Below, piece after piece: positions 14,051 through 25,284 of a DNA stretch of 64,000 nucleotides. Positions within the stretch are counted from its first letter, which is position 1. Each line of letters starts with the position of its first letter. Origin of the DNA: Balanoglossus misakiensis (lineage: Eukaryota > Animalia > Hemichordata); assembly GCA_040954595.2 (NCBI GenBank), contig CM082576.2:9489129-9553128 (forward strand), in the 5' to 3' direction. The notes under the pieces were generated by a model, which was not told the DNA's origin, did not search any database, and was given only the letters and a program-made list of their open reading frames with translations. The position numbers and the translations under genes are program-made.

Positions 14051-16157
14051 ATACAAAATTAAAGATACATAAGGAAAGTCCGTCGTGTGACGTGATATTC
14101 CGACCCGTGTTTATTTCTACTACTCTATTTTCTTCCACCATTTTACGAAAGATCGACTCTTCGGTTATTTTATTCTGAACAAAGGAAACTTCTATTCTCA
14201 TGATTACTTTAAGAATGAAATCGGCCAGCTTCAATTAAGTCTCAATTAACAAAAACATCCATTTGAAACTACCGTTAGGAGACATGCAAATTGCTAAGTA
14301 AGATTATGGAATCAACTATTTGTTGTATTTTATATCCATAAACTAATTTTTTCAGGATTTCCTTCAATAGATTTATACAAAGGCTGCTAAAAGTACAGAA
14401 ATTTGCACGTGGAAATAAAAGTCTTATTTTAATAGAGAAAATTAATAGTCTACGTTCTCCTTTTCCTTCTCCATCCCCTCCCTGTCACATACATGAATGC
14501 ACATTTCTTAACTTACAGTGTAGGTATTCTTCAGATAGTTGTTCATTCCATCTATTTTAATCTATTATTACTTTGCGACACTTATTTTTACATGGCTTCG
14601 CTCAAGGATATCGGCGGCAACTCAAAGGCGTCGAAAATTTCATCATGTACACACAAATAACTTAATATTACGTGCATGCGCAGTTCAACGACATAATGAC
14701 TATTTTTTATTGTCAATCATACAATAAATCAGAGCGCCATTCCCGTCCAGGTATTCGGCCTGTGGCGAACCTTCACGTCGTATGAATCAGATGCTATTCG
14801 ATAGAAAGATTTACGACGCGTCTCAAATATCTCTCATTGTTTTCCGCGCTGGATCATTCGATTGCCCATTGTTTCCCCCCTGTCGGCCGTAGACAGACGT
14901 ACTAGACACACTGAGACAATACACAAGGTTCATTGCAGGTAAGTGAAGTGTCCCACCCTTTCTGTTCACTTTTTTGTGGATTGATATTTTTTTGCTCTTG
15001 GGGTAGGATAGCGTTGGTAATGGAGTTACAAAAAGTTAAAACTTCGACATTAAAATTTGATTTGTTTGCTGGTGTGGCAGAATATTTGTATTGAGTATTT
15101 GTATAGCGCGACAGGGTAACGGAGTCGGCCAAGTGACCGACCCCCACCATACCCGATACAGACCACTCCGTTCCATATACGGAGAACTTCACACCGCTTA
15201 TACTATTCAGTCATGTTCTATGGTACACGCATTTCGCTCCCGTGCCTTTACCTAAGACACTCAAAGAGAAGAAGAAAATGTATGAATAAAAAAAATATAT
15301 ACCAGGACAAACACAAGTGCTATTTGTGGTTCCGCCTGAAAGTATGCGCAGACTAGGTTGAAACTCTCACTCCCACTGGCACTTCAGTGTATAAACCGCA
15401 ATCATTTTCGAAGATTTCAGTTAAAAAAGCTGAGAGCATGGGAGAGTTCTAGGGAGGCAGTACGTGACACGTTAACTCAGCCAAGCCTTTTCAAAGTCAA
15501 CTTTGAAGGCTGTTTGCTGTGAGGGCCATGTCTGCAAACTGTGTTAACTTTGTTTTACACCATGAAATCGTAACTTTACCGTGGAAATTGATCAACGGCT
15601 TATTTGCTTTCAACGACTGTCTATCTGTCTGGTCTTGGGTGGAATATTTGTCTGTTTCAATGATATGAGATCTGTGTGTTGAGACATACTTTTGTTGATT
15701 CCTTCTGATTAAAACCGCACCCGATTGTGCATACATGTACTTTGCTTGGTTTATGACTATTGGTATAACAATAATGTCGTGTCGAGACCCGAATATTTAT
15801 ACTGTTTGTTTAGGCGATCAAATGCCGATATATCGAAGTGATTGTGAAAATCCTTCCGTCAATGTTTTATTTTAAATTTATTTGTTAGCTCGTTTCTCTA
15901 TTTCACGCGATCTATCAAAGACCTGTGGTCTCCTCCATCACCGCTAAAGAAAAATAACATATGAAAAATACCCAATACATAGAGCTTATACATGTGTGCG
16001 ACTAGTGTGGGGTTGCGATCAGAACATGATGTTATTATTGTCATGGCAGGTTTATTTCATTCATACCTCGTATAGCTACCATTTGGAACTGTATTTGCTT
16101 GCGCGAACCACGAGCTTCAACATACTGACATATATATATTTTTTACAGCTATTGACA

Positions 16158-16304
16158 ATGTCTGGAGGCTATTCCCTATCAATTGTTGACATAATACTGG
16201 TCGTCGCCGTTTTGGTTTTTGTCTGCGCTCAAGGAATTTACCATGGATGGCGGCAGAAGAAATCTACCAAAGAGTTCGTATGGTGGTGGTAGTGGTAGTG
16301 GTGG

Positions 16305-16391
<87 letters not shown>

Positions 16392-19300
16392 TGCATGTGC
16401 ATGTGCATGTGCATGTGCATGTGCATTTTGCGAGCAACGTTTCCCATCTTTGTAGGTTTTTCACGGCCAGTCGCCGTTTCAGCGGCCTACCAGTGGCCAT
16501 GTCTCTGTTGCTGTCGTTTCTATCAGCCATCACCGTGTTAGGGGTTCCGGCCGAGATCTATGTCTTCGGTATGGGATACGCTGCCTACATACTGAGTTAC
16601 CTCTGGATGTACCCCCTAATCACATGGTTATTTGTACCGGTTTTCCACTCTTTGCCTCTGATAAGTGCCTATGAGGTGAGTCCCAAACAGCGCTGTTAGA
16701 ACAATGGGGTCCGTTGCTTCACCAAAGCATTTATTTGTTACTGCCGGTCTGTCTGTCTTTGTATTTACCTATTGTTGCGAACATTCCTATGTACTAGTAT
16801 GTATACCCTTTTCGTGCTCGATGATGAAACAGAGAATTTCTTTTTTTAATTGACAGTACTGTGAGATGCGATACAATTATACGCTGCGGTTCATAGTCGC
16901 CTCGCTGTTCATTCTTCAAATGTCGCTGTTTATGGCCGTGGTTTTGATTGGCCCAGCTCTTGCACTCGAAGTGGGTAAGTTCGCCATATACGGTACATTG
17001 TACTCCCATTGGACACCGGTGTTCATCGGGGAACGTGGAAATGGCTTTCATTTACCGGTTCAGTCTTCTTAGAACTGCAGAATTGAAAATGTCGCCGATA
17101 ACGACACATACTGCCGGTCACCAAGAAGTTCAATGGAACGTTAGAGCAAAAATAAGGAGAACTTTGTCCATGTAGAGAAATGTTGTCCCACATTTTAAAC
17201 CTCATTACATTCAACAAAAGACGTTTTTAATCAAATGACAGATATAACTGAAATCAGGAAAATTGGAGTTCTTGTTTTCTTTTTCCCCTCAGTGACCGGA
17301 ATCTCATTCACCATCAGCGTTCTTATTACTGGCGGCATCTGTATTTTCTACGCAGCATTGGTAAGCGGTAAATATTCAATTTTGATACATGTAAATTGCA
17401 TGATTTAATAATTCCTGGCCGTTTTTCCAAAGCCGGAAACGGGTGGGAGAGTAGGTCGGGGTGTTCAAACCTGTATCAAACTGCAAACGAGCAATCGCCC
17501 ATCTTTTAAACTCGACCGCTTGTATTACATTCCACTAAAAACCAGCATGGTCTGCGTCTGTTTTCATTCTGGCTATCTATATGCAGGGAGGCATCAAAGC
17601 TGTGATATGGACGGACGCTTTTCTCTTCCTCGTCATTCTGGTCGACTTGATTCTCATCGTTGTCTTGGGAACCATCGAAACTGGCGGGGTTCCGTACATC
17701 TGGGAATTCAACAAGGCGGACGGCAGGCTGGCAGAAAGCATTTTCACGTAGGTTTTGAAATTATGTGAATTTCTTTGACTGCGACGAGTGGTCGCACATG
17801 CAGTCATTGTTCTGTGTACCGGACAAATAATACAACGGTTTGATATTTTTATGTTATGTAGTTTTCCACTCGATATAACGGAGAGAACCACCTTCCTGAG
17901 CTGTGTCATCGGGTTCGGCATCAACTATTTACCTGTGTACCTGAACCAAGCCAATATCCAGCGCTATATCAGTACTCAGACGACGAAACAAGCCAAAATG
18001 TAAGCTATGTCGATGACCAACTTTACCGCCGCGATGACTCTTCTAGCCAAAGTCTGCAACATGTGAGGTCGTTTGGTGTGAATTAGGTGTAATATGTACA
18101 CTACTTGGGGGGCCATCGATCATATTTTAGTGTTTGTAAATATGGATATATGCGACGTGGTTGACCTTTTGTCATAGCTATGCTCAGTATTTATTACGCG
18201 AACTGGCGTTTCTTTGTTTTTATACTGTGCATAGTGCGGCTGTTCATAACACAAAACAATGTGTAGTAAATACTATTACTTGTCACTCTGCTTTTTGTTG
18301 TATGGTCTTTTTATGGAGATACACGCAGCAGCCCGAAAGCCAGTCAACTCCGCGACAAATTGCGTTAGACCATTCCGACGTTGTGATGCTTAATGCTCCG
18401 GTTTCGTGTGCACATACATTCCTGTCATGAAGTTGATGTATTAATTATTCATCTTTTGACAACGAAACTCTTCTATGTATTGATCGCGTTATGGTGACTC
18501 GTGTACTGTTGTTGGATAGGTATAAATCATTCTGGTTCAGTCCTCTCCTTGCAATATCAAGTTGGGGGGCTTTATATTTTTATTCTGCAACCAACCAACC
18601 AACCAACCAACCAACCAACCAACCGACTAACCGACCGACCGACCGACCAACCAACCAACCAACCAACCAATCGTAGCCAGCTGATGCATAACAACCCAGA
18701 TCATTTCTCTGTTGAGATAATTTATTGCGATGGGCCCTCACAGATATTTTAACCTTTCACATTTCCCTCTCCGATTTTAGATCAGTCATGCTCAACCTGC
18801 CATTCCAGTACGTATTTCTTCCAATATTATTCTACTGCGGAATGATTCTTTATGCGTTTTACAACAGTAAGTAAATTATTTTATTGGGGGTTCAAAAGAG
18901 TGATAACTTTTTTCGCGACAATGTTTTAGTAATCAAAATCATTGACTTTCATCGACTACAGCTACAGTACATTTCACCACTGTGACACAATTTTCAAGTC
19001 TGACTGAACCGGCTTTTCAGATTACGTGGTACCCATCGGAGCTCCGGTGAACGCTACATTTCCACCAGGTAAGCTATTAAAGTAACATCGGTCGATGTTG
19101 TCTACGACACCTTGCTTATACACAGGTCGGCCCATGTGTGCGGCTGACCCGCGCGTGTTATCATGGCTTTTACGTGTAACTGGGGTTACAAGCAACACAT
19201 TTCGTCATATACAACGTTGATGGAGTTTTATTTGCCACGTCCATTTACAGCGTTGTCGTACTCGCCGTATAATCCGGGTGATGTGGAACCGCGCCACGCA

Positions 19301-21841
19301 CCAGACTACACATCTCCAGACCAGGTAGGATCTGCTTGCTTGCGTGCCCTATAATGTGTCAATTAACCTTATATTATCACAACTTAACGGGGGAGGGTCT
19401 TGTGCAGTTTGGGGAGGATACATATTTTTCACGGAGCAAGATTTTGAAAAACACTAGTCTCTCCGCAATCACGGACAATCACTTTCTCTTCATTTTAGAT
19501 TCTGGTGTATTTTGTGAGTGACCAGTTCGGACATATAACAGGTTTCATGGGTTTGTTCATTTCTACTTTACTCGCTGGCACGCTGAGGTGACTACTTTTT
19601 TGTTACTCTTCGGCACTGTGAGTTCAAGATTTATAAGCTGTGATTCTGGCCGTTTTCCATTATTTTTGTCCTTGTGCATCATATCAACGGCAGTTTCTGG
19701 TTCCTTTCGAATGATTATGGGGAAGAGGGAAGGATGAGAGATGAGGCAGTGCCGACCATCGCATTATTTCACTGTATCTCCGTCGCTTCTTCAACTTTTT
19801 TTATCGAAAAGTTCTAATCGTGTATTTTGTCAGGCTTAAATAATATTCACACATCTGCCTCGCCGTTAACAGCACAGTTGCGGGAGGCGTGAACGCCCTC
19901 ATCGCCGTCACCCTCGAAGATTTTGTGAAACCATGGAGACGGTGGCGAGCAAGGAGAACGGGCAAACCTATATATGCAAACGATACAGTTGACACGTACG
20001 CCGGGAAAGTCTTAAGTATGTAAATCGATAGATCCTTTACAAATTATCACTATTCAAAATTTCTGATATAGATGATGACTATTGGTGAAATGTACACCAA
20101 GTGTCAAATGTCGCATATAAATAAGATTTAGCTTTAGATCATAGATTGGGTCCTTTCTCTCCTTAGCAACTACCGCTGTGGTATATTCCGTGGTCAAGCT
20201 ATGTGGATTACCAGATTGCCGAGAAATTGCAGATTTAGGGCACATTTTAACATATATTGATTTATGTGCTTTCTACCAGCGATTGTGTACGGTCTGCTCG
20301 CCATCGGCTTGGCATTTTTAGCGTCGAGGCTGGATACCCTGATCGCCATGGCCAACACCATATTCGGCACGACCGGTGGTCCTATCATAGCGGTGTTTTT
20401 CATGGGTTTCCTCTACAAGCGATCCACTGCATGGTGAGACTACCTTTGTGTTCTATTAATAATAACACGAGAGAGACTCGGATATAGATACAAAAAAATT
20501 CGAAAACCAGAAAACGCCAGAGAGGTCCCCCCTCCCCAGTTTTAGACATTCATTTATTGGTTGTTCGTCTTGACTCAACACGACTCTCGGCGGAGATGAG
20601 AAATTTACATTTCCATTGTCAATCTGTTCACATTGTTTAACAGGGCGGTAGTGACTGGTGTTGTTGTTGGGTTTGGTATGATATCATGGATATTCGTTGG
20701 TAACTTGTTGTATGCAGGAAGGCTCGACGAAGGGCTCTACATCTACTCGGTAAGATCCGACTCAATGAAAAAAAATGACATAGGCCTACACTTCGAATTC
20801 ACTTTCCAAGCGCCTTTTGAGTCCGCCTCAATCTGTCCATGCACCAATCAAAGCGGTGTAAGCCTAGATACTTGGGATGTGCTTTATAAATTTAGTTACT
20901 CATTTTCATTGAACAAAATTTAATTTGTGACGGTGATGTGAGCCGATTGCATGTGTTTCTACCTTCGATCCACTTTCGGGAGCATGCGCTCCGTTTCACT
21001 GCTAAATATTTGATAATTGTATTTCTATCAACCTGTTCGCATTACAGCTTTCGTTCATGTGGTATGCTACGTTTAGCTGCGGCGCGACTCTGCTCGTGGC
21101 TATTCCGCTCAGTGAAATCCACCGATGTTTCTCGGAACAAGAAAGAGAGAAGTCCAAAAACATAGACCCAGCTCTTCTAGCGACTTTTATGCGGTGAGTC
21201 TGCCTAGTACCATGACAAAAAGTGTGGCTTTGCAATCTACACAAAACCCATATACCCGACGATGTGTTTTTGAGGTCACTGTTCAAAGAGTTTGGAAATA
21301 CAAAATTAAAATTTAATCAGTTACGTCTAAGCTTCCACAGCAAATGCCGCCACGTTGTAAAGCAAAACATAATATATTTACCAATATGCAAATACACGTC
21401 ATTTACGTTGATCTGAACTGGACCTGGTCAACGTGGACTCTAACGTCCGCACTGCATTATACCACATACAAAGATTTTGTGATTATACAAATCAAACTAC
21501 ACAGAGCCAACAGGAGCAACTCTTAGGGAAATTTTGTTGACTACATAAAATGTTTCTGTTTCATTAACAGGCCACGGGGTTGGACATCAAAATACACAAA
21601 GCGACGGCGAAATGAGGCGACGGATGACGATGACGAGAATATCACTCGAATGAAAGATGCGGAAATGTCAGGGATGGAAAACCCAGCTTTCGAGGCACGA
21701 CAAGATGATTTGACCGCCGGGGATCACGCGGACTCCGGGAATGATGTCGGTCAGCGCAACGGCATGGGTTCGAACGTTGAACCACATAATGATGCATTTC
21801 AAATGAGTGAAAATCGGAAGTCAGAAACTTCATTTTTCTAG
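16158..21841 (+). CDS. Sodium:solute symporter, SLC5A8/SLC5A12/NIS/SMVT-like, copy 2 (~645 aa)
   Basis: 15 exons: 16158-16273, 16456-16675, 16857-16974, 17293-17360, 17587-17747, 17862-17999, 18781-18866, 19021-19068, 19251-19324, 19499-19587, 19873-20015, 20280-20433, 20644-20749, 21048-21193, 21571-21841. Same intron phases as copy 1. Motifs: '[17 protein letters not shown]', '[12 protein letters not shown]', 'NQANIQRY'. A likely 5'UTR exon ends at the CAG|GTAAGT donor near 14938. Confidence 0.93.
16282..16426. repeat. Compound microsatellite (GGT/AGT)n-(GAT)n-(GTGCAT)n in intron 1 of SLC5 copy 2
   Basis: Directly visible: ~28 GAT units followed by 6 GTGCAT units. Confidence 0.97.
18588..18670. 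repeat. (ACCA)n/(ACCG)n tetranucleotide microsatellite, intronic
   Basis: Directly visible: aaccaaccaacc...ccgaccgacc...aaccaacc. Confidence 0.95.
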
Positions 21842-22912
21842 CCGTCGATCACCATTCCATATTGTTTTTTTTTGTTCATTATTCGGCCACACTTGTATAC
21901 CATAATGCATGTTATACTAAGTAAACAACACTGTCTGTTATTATCGTATAATTCCGATGGTAGTGTCGTTCGTACATCAATGGCACTCTCAATCCATTTA
22001 TACCAGTAAATTGTGGGGAGGCGCATGTCCCCACTTGCAGTGGCATCCGAGAGGGAACAGGTTTGCTGCTGTTCAATGTTTTCCCACACAATGTTTATTA
22101 CATAAAATGGTTATGTTTACAGAAGATTAAAAAAACATATTATTTGATTTTCAGTATATATTTCTAAAAGCACACGAGTGATAAAGCACATTATCGTAAG
22201 AATGGTACTCTCACATGTTTTCTCTGTATATATTACAAAATTCTAAGAATAATGCACATATCGGTCCATATTTAAACACACGTGAATAGAATCCCTGTTT
22301 ATATACCCATAAATGAACGAATGCAGGACTTGCAGGATCATCAATAGAATTTGCATTTAAAACTCGGTCATTGCATTTGAAAATGAAATCAACTTGACTT
22401 TTAATCAAGAGTAAATGTACTCAGGCTTAGACTCTCCCACAGCCTTCCCACTGGCTTCTTCAAAAGCCAGATCTTAAAATCATTCAAAGGAAGTATATTT
22501 AAAAACAGTCTCGGTTGGTGATGTTACTCTATGGCCACCGCTGGCCGTCCATGTACTTTTAGCCAATGTCTCAGTACACACGGTATCTATAACTGGACTG
22601 TGGTTTGAATCTGAAACAACTGATAAAAACGTTTCTACTGTGCCGATTAAAAAAACGGCGATTTCATCTAGTGACACGTCTCCCAAAGCCACCAAGAGCG
22701 CATGCAACTTGTGTTGTTGAAAGTCGGTTCTGTAGTAAGTACGTGTCTAGGGTACGATGAATGATGACAGAGAATCACGCGACCAGTCATTCAACTGAAA
22801 CTAAGCATTTCCGGAAAAAAAATCCACCGCAGGTGAGGCAAATGTACAGTCCAGCAAAGAAAGTGGTGTTTTTCAGTGTTTGAACACGAACTCTCTTCTC
22901 TTCTCTTCTTGG

Positions 22913-24052
22913 TTAATACCTTTGATTCTGTTTCTCTTTCTTTTCTGTGTCGGAGTTGAAGGCCTTGGCGATCAGCACTCCAGCGGTAACAGCAGCTGCA
23001 GACACGCCCAAAAATGTAAGAACACCACTGACCTGAAAAAATAACAGAAAAAAAAACACAACACAACGGTTAACGTAATTTCTTCTCCAAGAATTTGACG
23101 TCTCAAAAACTCTGGAGTGAAATCTCTCTAGGTAACGTCAATATCTGAGACAACTTTGTCAATCTCGACTTAATTTGCATACAGGACTACCAGTTTCGCT
23201 TTCACTCTGTCTTCAACATAGCCTGTATATACGGGTAACTTTGTCAATCTCGACTTAATTTGCATACAGGACTACCAGTTTCGCTTTCACTCTGTCTTCA
23301 ACATAGCCTGTATATACAGGCCTTGTATGGACTCAAAGTTGAGTGTAACAATGCTGACTGTACACACATACATTGTGTTGATAAGCCAAGGCTGTCAAAC
23401 AAGAAACATGCACAGACTGAACTGAAAGACAAATAAATTGCAAAAGTTCCACAGCTTTTTGTCGATCGGGGCATTGTGGTATGAAATTAAGGAATTTTCT
23501 AGGTAAGAATTATCGACCATGCAATGCAAGGGACAACAAAACCGCACACACAAACCTCTAGTTACTGAACTGCAGCTAGAACTATTAGCTTACCTGATCG
23601 CTTTCCTTCTTGCCATATCGACACCATTTGGCAAAGTGCTCGCAGTTGTGCCACAGAACATTATAGCCAATCTCTCCCAAACGGGAGAACGCCCTTTCGA
23701 TGATTTCTTCGACAGTCGCTGGGCTCTTGTCGCGATCTTTGCGGTTGTTGATTTCCGCCTTGCAGTCGTCGACAATGTCCCAGAAGCTGTCACACTTCAC
23801 AACGGCTTTGCCGAACTGTTTGCCCCACACCGAAAACACATGGCTCGGGTTGCCAATGTCGTCCCCGATACCATCATTCTCACCGGTCAGGTGGATAACT
23901 TTTTCGTCGCCGACGTACACACCCCAGTGCGAGTATATGCCACGGGTGAACTCCAGCAAATCCCCACGGTTGCAACGATCTAGAACAGTCTGGTTATGTT
24001 CGATACGACTGCGATCTCCCGCACGGTTCTTGCTCACAACAAACGAAGACAT
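22913..24052 (-). CDS. PLAAT/HRASLS-family phospholipase A/acyltransferase (LRAT-like NlpC/P60), ~192 aa
   Basis: Exons 24052-23594 and 23032-22913. Catalytic motifs 'GDLLEFTRGIYSHWGVYVG', 'VIHL' and 'YNVLWHNCEHFA'. Exon 2 encodes a hydrophobic tail 'VSGVLTFLGVSAAAVTAGVLIA' followed by a charged end. Confidence 0.93.
23152..23316. repeat. Two-copy tandem duplication (85-bp period) in the PLAAT intron
   Basis: AACTTTGTCAATCTCGACTTAATTTGCATACAGG...GCCTGTATATA starts at 23152 and at 23237; ~80 bp identical. Confidence 0.95.
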
Positions 24053-24354
24053 TGTCAACGACAAACGTTACTCGTCACGTTCGCGATTTCTCCGGGTCTT
24101 GTACCACCACCTTTACGGAGGAAACAGCACATCAATGCAGTTTACATGGTATATTTACGAAATCAAAATCGGGAAAGTTCATGATGCAATATTCTATTTT
24201 TATTAACCAATCAGAATAGGTCTTCAACAACCGGCTGTGACGCGCGCCATTGGTGATGTCACGGTCACTCCAAAAGAGCGCCATCTCAGTTGAAAATAAC
24301 ATTTTCCGAGCATATAAAAGGTGAAGATAAATCGATGTAACTTTGCACTAATAT

Positions 24355-24793
24355 TACACACAAACACTAATTGCGCGCTTCTTTGCGGTTGCCATGAAAA
24401 CTCTTTCCCGTGTTGATGGTGTCGCGTCTGCAGCATAGCCGCTCAGAACGTCTAGGCGTACACGCAAGACAGACGTCAACATCGTCTGCTAATCACGTGA
24501 GAATGATGTTGCGCGTGGTTAATGATTAGCCGTACGTAGAACTAAAACAACTCTTTTTTCTCGGAAGTTACGCGAGTACATCAGCGTCCTATAATTATGA
24601 ACATATACCACCAGCTGGTATCACGGTACTACAGGCTCAACAAACAGCAAAATATTAAGGAAACTACACTTTGTAAAGGCAGTCAACCAGTCTCGCTTCT
24701 GTTTATATTTTTATATACTGGACGCTTCACAGCTAACCCTGCACTTAGTACACACAAACACTACTTGCGCGCTTCTTTACGGTTGCCATGAAA
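24355..24793. repeat. Dispersed 45-bp direct repeat pair (24355-24399 and 24749-24793) upstream of PLAAT
   Basis: TACACACAAACACTAMTTGCGCGCTTCTTTRCGGTTGCCATGAAA occurs twice with 2 mismatches. Confidence 0.9.
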
Positions 24794-25284
24794 GCGTTTA
24801 TTGTCATGAAAATTGCATGGTAGAACATTAGTTCTGTCACCACTGAACAACAGTCACACAAAAAGTCATGGAACTAGTAAAATTGAAGGAGTAAAAAACA
24901 GGGTCGGGTTTTTTGCGCAACTATCCTGATCTGATTTAACTTACGACGGGGAATTCAGAAAATATCGCTATACATGTACATATGACTCTCACATCAATGC
25001 GGAAGAAAAGAGTAAAGGGAAGACATCAAAACACATTGAAGTACATGTAAACCATTACACTACACTAAATAAAATATAAAATAATAAAGCATAAATAAAA
25101 ATCACTACACCTATTAAGACTGAAGAAATGTGGAGACTTCTTATGAAATATTGCAGTTTCTTGTAAAAAAAAAACCCACAAGAACTGTAAAATCAAAGCA
25201 AAATTTACATTAAAGATCTATACATGATTGATATACAAAGGATGCCTGGAGCACATGTCGCCTCATAATTACGCAGGTTAGAGC

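Noticed and set aside
16238-16699. Poly-Asp, poly-Met, poly-Ile and poly-Ser ORFs
   Set aside because: These are translations of the intronic (GAT)n microsatellite. The paralogue's exon structure shows this interval is intron.
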